Assembly (NCBI GenBank): GCA_963805975.1 | Contig: CAWDVR010000002.1 | Coordinates: forward strand, 224,001-288,000 | Length of the DNA stretch: 64,000 bases | Reading direction: 5' to 3' | DNA from: an uncultured Acidobacteriota bacterium | GTDB taxonomy: Bacteria > Acidobacteriota > Thermoanaerobaculia > Multivoradales > SZUA-115 | Part shown: piece by piece, positions 20,899-30,452 of the stretch | Position numbering within the stretch: position 1 is the stretch's first letter | Layout: each line of letters starts with the position of its first letter | Program-made: the position numbers and the translations under genes | Notes under the pieces: generated by a model | Databases searched by the model: none | The model's input: only the letters and a program-made list of their open reading frames with translations | What the model was told of the DNA's origin: nothing

Positions 20899-22254
20899 CT
20901 AGGGCGCGACGGCCACGGCGGCCGGTGGAGAAAGGGCCGCGACCGGCGGCTGCAGGTCGTCCACCACCCAGCGCACGGCGCGCGAGCACGGGCAGGTGCC
21001 GCCCACCCGGGCGAGGGCCGGCATCTGGGCCGCCGCCTGCTCCGGCGTGCGCTCGCCGGAGACCACCGTGCGCAGCGCCGCCACGTAGTCCTTGAAGTCC
21101 TTGCCGGCGAGATAGGGCTCGGGGAGCGATGCCCTGAGGTGCGCGAGGTAGGTCTCGAGGCTGTCGTAGGTCTCGCCGCGCGTGCCGGCGAGGGTGAAGG
21201 CGGGAACGCCGCGGCGGCGGCAGAAAGACGGGTGTGGTGCCCGGAGCAGGTCGTCGTGGGACACGCCCTGCTCGCTCCCGCCGTCGGCCAGCAGGCGCTT
21301 CAGGAGCGCGTCCGCCTCCTCGCGGGAGAGCTCGGGGCAGCGCGCCCGCACGTAGCGCTGGTTCAGGTCGTGGATCAGCTTCTCCACCTCGGCGAAGTAC
21401 TGGCCTTGCGCCTCGGCGTTCTTCATCGGCTTCAGGCCCATGCGCACGTTGCTTCCGCCGCCGCGCTCGTCGCCGAACATCTCGAGGCCGCGCGGCAGCC
21501 ACTTGTTGAAGGCGCGCTGCAGGGTGTCCATGGTGACGAAGACCTCGCCCTTGGCCGCCTCCTTCACCCAGCGCCGCATCGGCACCACGCCGGCCGCCAG
21601 GTGGAAGGCCTCCTCGCGCAGCATCGGGGGCATGCTCTCGGCCATCGGCTTGTAGGCCGAGACCTGCTGCATGGCGAGCTGGTACTTGCCCACGCGGTCG
21701 ATCAGCGCGCAGAAGACCACGCTGTCCACGAAGCTGTCGAAGGCGATGTTGAAGGCGCCCAGGATGTGCGAGCCGGTGCGCATGGAGAGGATCTCCTCCA
21801 CCATCTCGGCGCCGGTCTCCTTGGACACGCAGGTCCAGTCGTCCTCGAGCAGCAGGTGCAGCATCTGGTAGCCGTGGCGCAGCTCCTCGGCCATCATGCG
21901 CAGGATCCAGATCTGCTCCTCTTCCTCCTGTGCGCGGGCGAGCACCTCGCGGTGCTGCTGGATCGAGCCGAACTCGGTCGAGGCCTGGGCGCGGATGGCC
22001 CCCAGGAGATGATGCGCCTGCTCCGGGCGCAAGTCCTGGGCGCGGGTGCGCTTGGGCTGGCCCTGCTGATCACCGCACTCGATCTCGTCGCAGATCCCCA
22101 GCTCGCGGTAGGCGCAGAGCTCGAACGGCTTGTCGTTGGGGAAGTAACGGTCCCAGTTCTCGACCAGGAACGGGTAGTCGGTGAGGTAGGTGTCCCGCCA
22201 CTTCAAGACCGCGTTGTGAAAGGGCTTGGGCAGGCTCTGGGAACGGGTGCGCAT
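20899..22254 (-). CDS. Ferritin-like di-iron protein, divergent BoxB/PaaA (aryl-CoA epoxidase) family
   Basis: QASTEFGS, EELRHG, ILGAFN, DRVGKYQL, EEAFH resemble BoxB motifs (QGDTE, EEGRH, ILGAFN, DRDGKFQL, EEAHH). RBS AAGGAG precedes the ATG at 22254. Confidence 0.75.
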   Translation of the reverse strand: MRTRSQSLPKPFHNAVLKWRDTYLTDYPFLVENWDRYFPNDKPFELCAYRELGICDEIECGDQQGQPKRTRAQDLRPEQAHHLLGAIRAQASTEFGSIQQHREVLARAQEEEEQIWILRMMAEELRHGYQMLHLLLEDDWTCVSKETGAEMVEEILSMRTGSHILGAFNIAFDSFVDSVVFCALIDRVGKYQLAMQQVSAYKPMAESMPPMLREEAFHLAAGVVPMRRWVKEAAKGEVFVTMDTLQRAFNKWLPRGLEMFGDERGGGSNVRMGLKPMKNAEAQGQYFAEVEKLIHDLNQRYVRARCPELSREEADALLKRLLADGGSEQGVSHDDLLRAPHPSFCRRRGVPAFTLAGTRGETYDSLETYLAHLRASLPEPYLAGKDFKDYVAALRTVVSGERTPEQAAAQMPALARVGGTCPCSRAVRWVVDDLQPPVAALSPPAAVAVAP

Positions 22255-22292
22255 CGCGTCTCCTTGACGACTGCTGACAGGCGCCGGCTGAC

Positions 22293-22787
22293 TCAAAGGT
22301 GCTTGACCAGCGGCCGCAGGCCGCCGGCCTCGAAACCGACGCTGGCGAAGAAGCGGGCCAGGTCGCCGCGCTCGGCCTCGACCAGGGTGCGGACCACGGC
22401 CGCGTCCCGGCGGCGGAAGTGGGCGAACATGGCCTCGGCCAGGCGCTGGCCGATGCCCAGGCCGCGGCACGAGGGATCGACGCCCAGAACCTCCACCCAG
22501 CCGGTGGGCTCGTCGAGACCGAACTCCCCCGACCGCACCTCGCCCAACATGAACCCCACCACCCTGCCTGCCAATTCCGCCACCATCGAGGCGTCCGGGT
22601 CGCGGCGGAGGTAATACGCCAGCCGGCGCTCCCAGACCTCCGGCCGGTAGGCGCCGCCGATCTGCTCGTCGATCCCGGTGATGGCGTCGAGGTCGAGCTC
22701 GTTGGCCGGACGCACGAGAACGTCTGTGCTCAGGGTCTCGCTATTGGGGGTCTCCGTGTCGGGGGTCACCGTGGTGGGGGTCGCCAT
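22293..22787 (-). CDS. GNAT family N-acetyltransferase
   Basis: LGVDPSCRGLGIG acetyl-CoA motif and FFASVGF. Confidence 0.85.
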   Translation of the reverse strand: MATPTTVTPDTETPNSETLSTDVLVRPANELDLDAITGIDEQIGGAYRPEVWERRLAYYLRRDPDASMVAELAGRVVGFMLGEVRSGEFGLDEPTGWVEVLGVDPSCRGLGIGQRLAEAMFAHFRRRDAAVVRTLVEAERGDLARFFASVGFEAGGLRPLVKHL

Positions 22788-22869
22788 GGCGGGATTGTAC
22801 CCGCCCCGCTCGACCCGGAGCAACGAAGCGGCAAGTGTTGCAGTCCGAGCCGGGCTCGCCGGCCCAGGA

Positions 22870-23070
22870 TCAGGTCTTGTCGATCTGGATGCTCGACTTG
22901 GTGCCGCCGTTGGCGACCGCGACCATGATCCCCAGGCCGAGGGCGATGATCAGGCCGATCACCGTCCAGGTAGTCCCGATATTGGCCAGCACGCCCGTTT
23001 TCCACAGCGCGGCGAGGATGCCGAGCACCACAATGACGTATCCGGCGAGATATAGACCAGTCCATTTCAT
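22870..23070 (-). CDS. Small two-helix membrane protein (66 aa)
   Basis: MKWTGLYLAGYVIVVLG... with two hydrophobic segments and RBS GAGGAGG. Confidence 0.7.
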   Translation of the reverse strand: MKWTGLYLAGYVIVVLGILAALWKTGVLANIGTTWTVIGLIIALGLGIMVAVANGGTKSSIQIDKT

Positions 23071-23227
23071 TTCTGCCTCCTCTGGATCGTAACGACACCA
23101 TTCCCGGGTCGTGACCGCTGGGGAGCGGGAGAAGCAAGGCGCGCGCCAGGCGCCCGGCTCCTTGAACGGCGGGGGAGGCCGAAGGTATCCTGCGAACGGC
23201 ATGGGGGATCTGGCGCACCGCAAGGAC

Positions 23228-24310
23228 ATGACGCACTGGAAGGAGAGCGCGGAGATCCTCTCCCGGCTCGGGTCCCTGGCTGCGGCGGGCCGGCGGGCCG
23301 CGCTCGCGACCGTGGTCCGCATCTCGGGCTCCGCCTACCGGCGGCCCGGTGCCAAGCTCCTCGTAGAAGACGAGGGTCACACTCTCGGCAGCGTGAGCGG
23401 CGGCTGCCTCGAAGCAGACGTGCGCGAGATCGCCCAGGCCGTGCTCCTCTCGGGCGAGCCGCGCCTGCGGCACTACGACACCGGCAGCCACGAGGACATG
23501 GTCTGGGGCCTCGGGCTGGGGTGCAACGGCGAGATCGACGTCTTCGTACAGCCGGCGACGGAGGGTCCGCTCGCGGCCCTGGCCCACCCTCTCTCGACGC
23601 TTCTCGCGGGCGATTCGCCGTTCGCCGTCGCCACGGTGGTCGAAGGCGGCCGCCAGGCGGGCGAGGCCCTGGTCGTCGGGACGGGCGAGACCCATGGCTC
23701 GCTGGGCTCCGCGGAGCTCGACCACCTGGCCGTCGAGTGGGCCCTCCGGCCGGGCAGGGCGGGCCTCTCGGACCTCTACCCGCTCGGCGACCGGCTGGTG
23801 TTCTTCGAGCACCTGGCGCCACCGCTCCACCTCGCGATCTTCGGCGCCGGGGACGATGCCATGCCGCTCGCCGCCTACGCCGCGGACGCCGGCTTCCGCG
23901 TCACAGTGCTGGACCACCGTCCGGCCCTCCTGTCGCCGGCGCGTTTCCCCCAGGCCACCAGGCTCGTCGAAGGGCGGCCGGACGGCACCCTCGAGCTCTC
24001 GAACCCGGCCCGCACGCTCGCCGTGATCAAGACCCACTCCCTCGCTCACGACCGCGAATGGGCGCGGCGCCTGCTCGCGGCCGGCGTGCCGTACGTGGGT
24101 CTGCTGGGGCCGCGGGCGCGCACCGCGGACCTGCTGCGCGACATCGGCGCCGAGGGCGACGAGCGGGTCTTCGGACCCGTGGGCCTCGACCTCGGTGCCG
24201 AGGGCCCGCACCAGATCGCCATCGCCGTCGTGGCCGAGCTCCTCGCCTTCAGCGCCGGGCGGGAGCCACGGCATCTCTCGCAGCGGCACGAGGCGGCCCA
24301 TGCACGATGA
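23228..24310 (+). CDS. xdhC: XdhC/CoxI family molybdenum-cofactor insertion chaperone
   Basis: GSAYRRPGAK, GSVSGGCLE, GLGCNG, FGAGDDA, GPVGLDLG. Confidence 0.92.
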   Translation: MTHWKESAEILSRLGSLAAAGRRAALATVVRISGSAYRRPGAKLLVEDEGHTLGSVSGGCLEADVREIAQAVLLSGEPRLRHYDTGSHEDMVWGLGLGCNGEIDVFVQPATEGPLAALAHPLSTLLAGDSPFAVATVVEGGRQAGEALVVGTGETHGSLGSAELDHLAVEWALRPGRAGLSDLYPLGDRLVFFEHLAPPLHLAIFGAGDDAMPLAAYAADAGFRVTVLDHRPALLSPARFPQATRLVEGRPDGTLELSNPARTLAVIKTHSLAHDREWARRLLAAGVPYVGLLGPRARTADLLRDIGAEGDERVFGPVGLDLGAEGPHQIAIAVVAELLAFSAGREPRHLSQRHEAAHAR

Positions 24311-24905
24311 AGCGCCGCCGGTCGCCGGCGTGCTGCTCGCCGCGGGAACCTCGAGCCGCATGGGGGTCAACAAGCTCCTGCTGAAGATCGCCGGCGAGAC
24401 CGTGCTGCGGCGAACGGCGCGACGGGCGCACGCGGCCGGGCTCTCACCCCTCCTGGTGGTGCTCGGTCACCAGGCCGGGGAAGCGAGCCGGGAGCTCCTC
24501 GGGCTGGAGTGCCGAGAGGTGCAGAACCCCGGTTACGAGCAGGGCCTGGGCTCGTCCCTCGCGGCCGGCTTCTCGGCCCTCCCCGCGACCGCGCCGGCCG
24601 CGGTCGTCCTGCTGGCCGACATGCCGTTCGTCACCGCGGACATGCTGGCCGCGCTCGTCGCCCGCTACCGCGCGACCCGGGCCCGGCTCGTGCTGTCCGA
24701 CTACGAAGGGGTGCCCGCTCCACCGATGCTCTACGACCGCTCTCTCTTCGCCGAGCTGCGGGCGCTGGCGGGAGACGAGGGCGGCCAGCGCGTGGCGGAG
24801 CGCCACCGGCACCAGGCGGAGGTGCTCCGCTGGCCCGCCGCCGCGCTCGCCGACCTCGACCTGCCGCAGGACTACGAGCGCCTGGCCGCCGGGGCCGCGC
24901 CATGA
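24300..24905 (+). CDS. mocA: Molybdenum cofactor cytidylyltransferase (MocA-like NTP transferase)
   Basis: LAAGTSSRMGVNKLL, LADMP, DLDLPQDY. Confidence 0.85.
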   Translation: MHDEAPPVAGVLLAAGTSSRMGVNKLLLKIAGETVLRRTARRAHAAGLSPLLVVLGHQAGEASRELLGLECREVQNPGYEQGLGSSLAAGFSALPATAPAAVVLLADMPFVTADMLAALVARYRATRARLVLSDYEGVPAPPMLYDRSLFAELRALAGDEGGQRVAERHRHQAEVLRWPAAALADLDLPQDYERLAAGAAP

Positions 24906-25792
24906 AACCGGAGATCGCGGCCCTCGAGGCGGCCATGGAGCGGCAGGGGTACATCGCCGACCCGGCGATCGCCACCGCTCTCTTCCTGGCCACGGAGATG
25001 CGCCGGCCGCTGCTGATCGAGGGCGATGCCGGGGTGGGCAAGACCGAGATCGCCAAGGTGCTGGCACGGCACTTGGGCACCGAGCTGATCCGCCTCCAGT
25101 GCTACGAGGGCCTGGACGTCTCGACCTCGCTCTACGAGTGGAACTACCAGCGCCAGTTGCTCGCCCTGCGGCTGGCCGAAGGCGCGGGCCGGAGCGCGGG
25201 CGAGATCGAGCAGAAGATCTTCGGCCGCGAGTACCTGCTCGAGAGACCGCTCCTCGCCGCCATCTCCCGCCGCGAAGGCCCGCCAGTGCTGCTGATCGAC
25301 GAGGTGGACCGCGCGGACGACGGCTTCGAGGCCTTTCTGCTGGAAGTGCTCTCCGACTTCCAGGTCACCATCCCCGAGCTGGGCACGATCCGCGCCGAGC
25401 ACGTCCCCTACGTGGTGCTCACCTCGAACCGCAGCCGCGAGATCGGCGACGCGCTCCGGCGGCGCTGCCTCTACCTCTACCTCGAGCACCCCTCGCTCGA
25501 GAAAGAGGTGCGCATCCTCCACGCGCGGGTGCCCGAGGCCGGGGCGCGGCTCGCGGAACAGATCGGCCGCTTCATGCAGTCGCTGCGCGCCCGGCGGCTC
25601 AACAAGGCGCCGGGGGTCGCCGAGACCCTCGACTGGGCGCGGGCCCTGGTACACCTCGGCCGCGATCGCCTCGACCGCGAAATCGTGGAGCAGACGCTCG
25701 GCGTGATCCTGAAAGACCACCGCGACCTCGCCGAGCTCTCCGGGGGCGAGCTGGAGAAGACGCTCGCGGTGGCGGGCGCGGAAGCGGGATGA
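24902..25792 (+). CDS. coxD: MoxR/CoxD family AAA+ ATPase
   Basis: GDAGVGKT, RLQCYEGLD, YEWNY, LLIDEVD, LRRRC. Confidence 0.9.
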   Translation: MKPEIAALEAAMERQGYIADPAIATALFLATEMRRPLLIEGDAGVGKTEIAKVLARHLGTELIRLQCYEGLDVSTSLYEWNYQRQLLALRLAEGAGRSAGEIEQKIFGREYLLERPLLAAISRREGPPVLLIDEVDRADDGFEAFLLEVLSDFQVTIPELGTIRAEHVPYVVLTSNRSREIGDALRRRCLYLYLEHPSLEKEVRILHARVPEAGARLAEQIGRFMQSLRARRLNKAPGVAETLDWARALVHLGRDRLDREIVEQTLGVILKDHRDLAELSGGELEKTLAVAGAEAG

Positions 25793-26928
25793 GCGCGGCG
25801 GGCGACATGACCGAGCCCCCCCTCGTCACTCACCTGGCCCTTTTCGGGCGTGCGCTCCGGCAGCGTGGAGCGCGGGTGAGCCTGAGCGACGAGGCGGATG
25901 CGCTCGAAGCGCTCACCCTGGTGGATTTGGTGGACCGCGACGAGGTGCGCCGCGCCCTGCGGGTGTCGCTCAAGATCCGGCCGCGGGATCTGGCGGCCTT
26001 CGAGGAGCTCTTCGCGCGCTTCTGGGAGAGCTTCGAGGAGCCGGCCGGAGGCCCCATGCCCTGGCCGGCGGCGAGCGTCCCCACTCGTCTCACGCCCGGG
26101 GCCGGTCGGCCTTCTGGCAAGGCAGAGCCCGGCCGCGAGCGCGAGGTGCCCACCGGCGAGGAGATCGGCTACAGCCCGGAGGCGGTGCTGCGCGGCAAAC
26201 CGTTCACGGACTGCTCCGCGGCGGACCTCGCTGCCATGGAGCGGCTGATGGCCCGGCTGGTGCTGCGGGTCGCGACCCGCCCCAGCCGCCGGCTCGTTCC
26301 GAGCCGCGGGCCGGGCGTGCCCGACCTGCGGCGCAGCTTCCGCAAGGCCCTCTCCCACGGCGGCGAGATCCTGACCCTGGCCCGGAGGCGCCGGGCGGTC
26401 GAGAGACCGCGCCTGGTGGTGCTCTGCGACACCAGCGGTTCCATGGACCCCCATGCGCGGTTCCTGCTCGCCTTTGTCCTGGCGCTCCGGCGCGTGGCGA
26501 GCCGGAGCGAGATCTTCGCCTTCAACACCACCCTGGTGCGGCTCACGCCCTGGCTGCGGCCCGGCCAGGTGGACCTGACCCTGGCGCGCCTGGCCTCCGG
26601 CGTCCCGGACTGGTCGGGCGGCACGCGGATCGGTGAGTGCCTGGCGGCCTTCGAGGAGCAGTATCTCCCCACCCTGGTGGACTCGAAGACGGTGGTGCTG
26701 ATCCTCTCGGACGGTCTCGACCGTGGCGACCTCGCGCCGCTCGCGGGCGCCATGAGATCGATCCGGGCCCGCGCCCGGCGAGTGCTGTGGCTCAACCCGC
26801 TGGCCGGCGATCCGCGCTACGAGCCCACGGCGCGCGCCATGGCGGCGGCGCTGCCGTTCGTGGACCGCTTGCTGCCGGCCCACAATCTCGATTCCCTGGC
26901 CAGGCTCCTTCCCCTGCTGACGGCCTGA
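25789..26928 (+). CDS. coxE: CoxE-like VWA domain protein
   Basis: CDTSGSM MIDAS, WSGGTRIG, LSDGLD, WLNPL. Confidence 0.9.
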   Translation: MSAAGDMTEPPLVTHLALFGRALRQRGARVSLSDEADALEALTLVDLVDRDEVRRALRVSLKIRPRDLAAFEELFARFWESFEEPAGGPMPWPAASVPTRLTPGAGRPSGKAEPGREREVPTGEEIGYSPEAVLRGKPFTDCSAADLAAMERLMARLVLRVATRPSRRLVPSRGPGVPDLRRSFRKALSHGGEILTLARRRRAVERPRLVVLCDTSGSMDPHARFLLAFVLALRRVASRSEIFAFNTTLVRLTPWLRPGQVDLTLARLASGVPDWSGGTRIGECLAAFEEQYLPTLVDSKTVVLILSDGLDRGDLAPLAGAMRSIRARARRVLWLNPLAGDPRYEPTARAMAAALPFVDRLLPAHNLDSLARLLPLLTA

Positions 26929-26948
26929 GCGCAACCCAGAGGTGAGAA

Positions 26949-28013
26949 ATGTCGATACCAACCGAACCCATCGGCAGCATTCCTCGCCCGCGCGCCCTGA
27001 TCGAGGGCGTGCGGGCCTTCCAGGCGGGGGGCCTGGCGCAGAAAGAGCTCGATGCGCTCTATGACGCCGCACTTCGCGACACTCTGGAGCGCTTCGCGGC
27101 CACGGGCTCGCCGGTCATCACCGACGGTGAGCAGACCAAGCCCAGCTTTGCCACCTATCCCGTGCACGGGCTCGAGAACCTGGCGCCGGACGGCGCCGTG
27201 ATCCCGTTCGCCGACGCCCACACCCGCCAGCTTCCGCGGCTGACTGCCGGACCTTTCCGCTACCGGACCTATGCCGAGTCCTATCTGACCGCGGCGCAGC
27301 AGCGCACGAGCCTGCCGGTGAAGCAGGCCGTGATCTCGGCCTCGGCGCTCAGCCTGCTCTACCCGCAGGACGAGTTGGAAGGCTACTCTCGCGAGGCCTT
27401 CCTCGACGACCTCCTGAACGAGCACGAGGCCGACATCCGCCGCTGCCTGGCGCAGGGTGCCTACAACGTGCAGATCGACTTCACCGAGGGCCGGCTGGCG
27501 GGGAAGCTCGATCCCAGCGGCGGGCTCCTCAAGAGCTTCGTCGAGCTCAACAACCGCGTCCTGCGGCGCTTTTCGCCAGAAGAGCGGAGTCGGATCGGCG
27601 TCCACACCTGCCCGGGCGGCGATCAGGACTCGACCCACAGCGCGGACGTGGACTACGCGGAGCTGTTGCCCAGCCTGTTCGAGCTCGAAGGCGGCAGCTT
27701 CTACCTCCAGATGGCGAGCGAGAGCGATCGGCCGCGGGTGCTGGGGATCCTCAAGGAGGTTGCGAGAGCGGGGCAACGGCTCTTCGTCGGGGTGACCGAT
27801 CCGATCGATCCCAGGGTGGAGACGCCGGAAGAGGTCTGCGACCGAGTGCTGGAAGCGGCCGAGTACCTGCCGCTCGGTCAGTTGGGCACCACGGACGACT
27901 GCGGCTTCTCGCCGTTCGGCGACGATCTTTCGACCAGCCGCGAGATCGCCTTCGAGAAGATCCGCGCCCGCGTCGCCGGCACGGCCCTGGCGGCCCGGAA
28001 GCTCGGGGTCTGA
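26949..28013 (+). CDS. Cobalamin-independent methionine synthase II family protein (single-barrel MetE-like)
   Basis: IGSIPRP, ITDGEQ, QIDFTE, HTCPG, TDDCGF. Confidence 0.88.
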   Translation: MSIPTEPIGSIPRPRALIEGVRAFQAGGLAQKELDALYDAALRDTLERFAATGSPVITDGEQTKPSFATYPVHGLENLAPDGAVIPFADAHTRQLPRLTAGPFRYRTYAESYLTAAQQRTSLPVKQAVISASALSLLYPQDELEGYSREAFLDDLLNEHEADIRRCLAQGAYNVQIDFTEGRLAGKLDPSGGLLKSFVELNNRVLRRFSPEERSRIGVHTCPGGDQDSTHSADVDYAELLPSLFELEGGSFYLQMASESDRPRVLGILKEVARAGQRLFVGVTDPIDPRVETPEEVCDRVLEAAEYLPLGQLGTTDDCGFSPFGDDLSTSREIAFEKIRARVAGTALAARKLGV

Positions 28014-28036
28014 TCGGCCGGAGGCCGAGTGTCGGC

Positions 28037-28945
28037 CTACGCCACTGTGCTGTAGACCGTCCGCCTGTTGTTGCTGGCCCAGGTCACAGTCACCGTGTAG
28101 TTGACGGCGGCCCCGACGGCCGGCCCCAGCAATCCGGTCAACGTCGCCGCTGGGTCGATGACTCGGCTGAAAAGGCCGCCCGCCGCTGCGGCCCCGTTGC
28201 GAGCGAAGCCGAGCGTCGTCGGCGCCCGAGCCGCCGGGTTGCGGTAGAAGCGCGCCCGGCCCCTCATCACGAAGGACCCCCAAGTCGTCCTCAAGACATC
28301 GGTCATGAAGCGCAGAGCCCCAACTCCGTTCCAAGGTATGAGGGAACAGAGCCCGAAGGTATCAGTGCCGCCGTCGCTGACGACCCCGCCGGCGGATACC
28401 GTCCACAGCTCCCAGTAGTGGGTCTCGGTCGCGTGCACCGCACTGGCCGGGTTCTGCACGTAAGCGTTGAGAGCCGCCCCGGCTAGCGGCAAACCTGTGG
28501 CGTAGTTGGTGACGTTGAAGGTGCGCCAGACCTCCTGCACGATGAGCCCCGCCACCGGGTTTGCCACGTTCCAGTCTCTGACCCGCTGGAAGTTGCCGCA
28601 ATAGCCCTCCTGATCCTGAGCGGCATCGTGCACCGCGGTGAGGACCGGGTCCGGCGGTGGCAGCAGTACGAGGGGGGCGGAGACCCTCCTGCGCTTCGCC
28701 GGTGGCGCTCGTGATGGCTGGACGACGGGGGCGGCGGGCTGAAAGGCCCGTCCGGGCGCCGGGGAGAGGAGGCTGGTCTGGATTCGCCCGCCGGGATCTC
28801 GCGTCGCGAGTCGGGCCTGAGCCGCCCCGATCGCCGCCTGGACGTGCGGCGCCAGCCGCGAGCCGCTCACTTCGAGAGCCTTCGGTTGCGCCGGCCGCAG
28901 CGCGGCCTCGACGTGAGGCGCGAGCTCGTGCCGCTTGCCTTGCAC
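28037..28945 (-). CDS. Hypothetical protein with N-terminal LAPHV(E/Q)AA repeats and lower-GC C-terminal domain (possible effector/toxin)
   Basis: 302-aa ORF filling the gap between flanking genes. Repeats LAPHVEAA and LAPHVQAA, then PVVQP and PPAKRRRV. Confidence 0.6.
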   Translation of the reverse strand: MQGKRHELAPHVEAALRPAQPKALEVSGSRLAPHVQAAIGAAQARLATRDPGGRIQTSLLSPAPGRAFQPAAPVVQPSRAPPAKRRRVSAPLVLLPPPDPVLTAVHDAAQDQEGYCGNFQRVRDWNVANPVAGLIVQEVWRTFNVTNYATGLPLAGAALNAYVQNPASAVHATETHYWELWTVSAGGVVSDGGTDTFGLCSLIPWNGVGALRFMTDVLRTTWGSFVMRGRARFYRNPAARAPTTLGFARNGAAAAGGLFSRVIDPAATLTGLLGPAVGAAVNYTVTVTWASNNRRTVYSTVA

Positions 28946-28960
28946 CGGCCCGGCGCCAGC

Positions 28961-30331
28961 CTAGCTGCACGCCGCCGGGTCGGGCGCGCCGTCGCAGACC
29001 GGCAGGGTCACGTCCGAGGCGAGGGCCGGGTCGGTGACGTTGTCGAGCTGGATGGCGTCGAAGCCGACGCTGAAGCGGTCGTTGGCCTTGAAGATCGCCA
29101 TCACCCAGTTCTGGGTCACCGGCTCGAAGGGCACCTGGCTGCCGGCGACGGTGGTGTCCAGGTCGAGATAGAGCCAGCCGAAGTCGAAAGGCACGGGGAA
29201 GTCCGGCCCGTCGACCTGCACCCGGTTGGCCTCGAGCGGGCAGGGCAGCAGGAAATCGCCGGGGATGGGCGGCGAGAAGGGGCTGGTCTCCGCCACGTCC
29301 GGGTTCTCGTTCTCGTCGAAGACCACGATCTGGTTCTGCGACAGCGGGAACGGCTGCGGCGTGGCACCGCAGGCGAAGGGAAGCTGGGTGCGCTTGCTGT
29401 CGCGCCAGCAGATGAGCTCGGTGCCGCCGTCGAAGCCGCGCACCGCCTTGGCGGCGGCGATCAACGGCGCCGGAAGGTCTTCCTCGACGGCCACGGCGTA
29501 GCGCACCGCGAAGGTGGAGGCCAGGCCCTCGCGCTGGTCCGCGCCGCCGCTGAACTTGCGGTAGAAGGTGTAGTTGGCGGCGCCCAGAGCGTCGCTCGCC
29601 TCGGCATGGACGAGGGTGAACCCCTGGGCATAGTTCTGGTCCGGATGGACGTAGAAGTAGTCCCCCCAGAGAACGTTCTCGTTGTTCGCCGCGCCGTTGC
29701 CGCCGGCGATGAAGTAGCCGGTGTCGCCGGGGAAGTCGAGGGTGCAGAAGTTGACGCTGTCGACCGTGATGTAGCCGCGGGCCACGTTGTCCCCGTGGTT
29801 GCGGCCCGAGCACAGGCCACCGAAGACCACCGGCGAGCCCAGGCCGACGTGGGCGGCGCGGATGTGAGCGAGGAGCACGGCGGGCAGGGCCGGCAGCGGG
29901 AGCTGGCCGTTGCAGGAGGTCGAGCCGGGGCCGACGCCGGTCACCGGGTTGGTGACGATCGAGAAGATCCCCACCGGCGAGATCGAGTCGGCATCGTTGA
30001 CGTGCTCGGTCGCGGGCACGGTGCCGGTGGTGAACAGGTCGCGCAGGTTGAAGGTGACCACGTCGTAGCCGGTGAGATAGACGTTGAAGTCCAGGGTGGG
30101 CACCGAGTAGTCGGTCCACAGGGTGACGTGCGCGATGGCCGGCGCCTGGCTGGCGTTGTTGATCGAGAAGAGCGTGGTCGAGCCGTCGGCGCCCCCGTCG
30201 AGGTCGACCTCGAAGTAGGGCAGCAGGAGGGTGGCCGCGGGCACCGCGTCGACGGTGCCGATCTCGGCCTGAGCGGGAGCCAGCGAGGCCGTGGCCAGAA
30301 GCGCGAAGCACACCAGACGCGTAGCATTCAT
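28961..30331 (-). CDS. Secreted hypothetical protein (AATLLLPYFEVD family), Cys-containing
   Basis: Signal peptide ending AQA, RBS GGAGG, GC3-biased codons. Confidence 0.8.
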   Translation of the reverse strand: MNATRLVCFALLATASLAPAQAEIGTVDAVPAATLLLPYFEVDLDGGADGSTTLFSINNASQAPAIAHVTLWTDYSVPTLDFNVYLTGYDVVTFNLRDLFTTGTVPATEHVNDADSISPVGIFSIVTNPVTGVGPGSTSCNGQLPLPALPAVLLAHIRAAHVGLGSPVVFGGLCSGRNHGDNVARGYITVDSVNFCTLDFPGDTGYFIAGGNGAANNENVLWGDYFYVHPDQNYAQGFTLVHAEASDALGAANYTFYRKFSGGADQREGLASTFAVRYAVAVEEDLPAPLIAAAKAVRGFDGGTELICWRDSKRTQLPFACGATPQPFPLSQNQIVVFDENENPDVAETSPFSPPIPGDFLLPCPLEANRVQVDGPDFPVPFDFGWLYLDLDTTVAGSQVPFEPVTQNWVMAIFKANDRFSVGFDAIQLDNVTDPALASDVTLPVCDGAPDPAACS

Positions 30332-30419
30332 GACGGTCCTCCCTCGTTGGCGCCAGGTACAGTCGAGATCGATTCCGGCGATGTTACCGCAAGCCGCAAC
30401 GCGGTGGTGAGGCTGCCGC

Positions 30420-30452
30420 GATGTCGTCCTTCGCTGCGCTCAGGATGACATC
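30420..30452. repeat. REP-like palindrome (GTCATCCTGAGCGCAGCGAAGGAC type)
   Basis: GATGTCGTCCT-TCGCTGCGCTC-AGGATGACATC hairpin overlapping the lipA stop codon. Confidence 0.7.
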
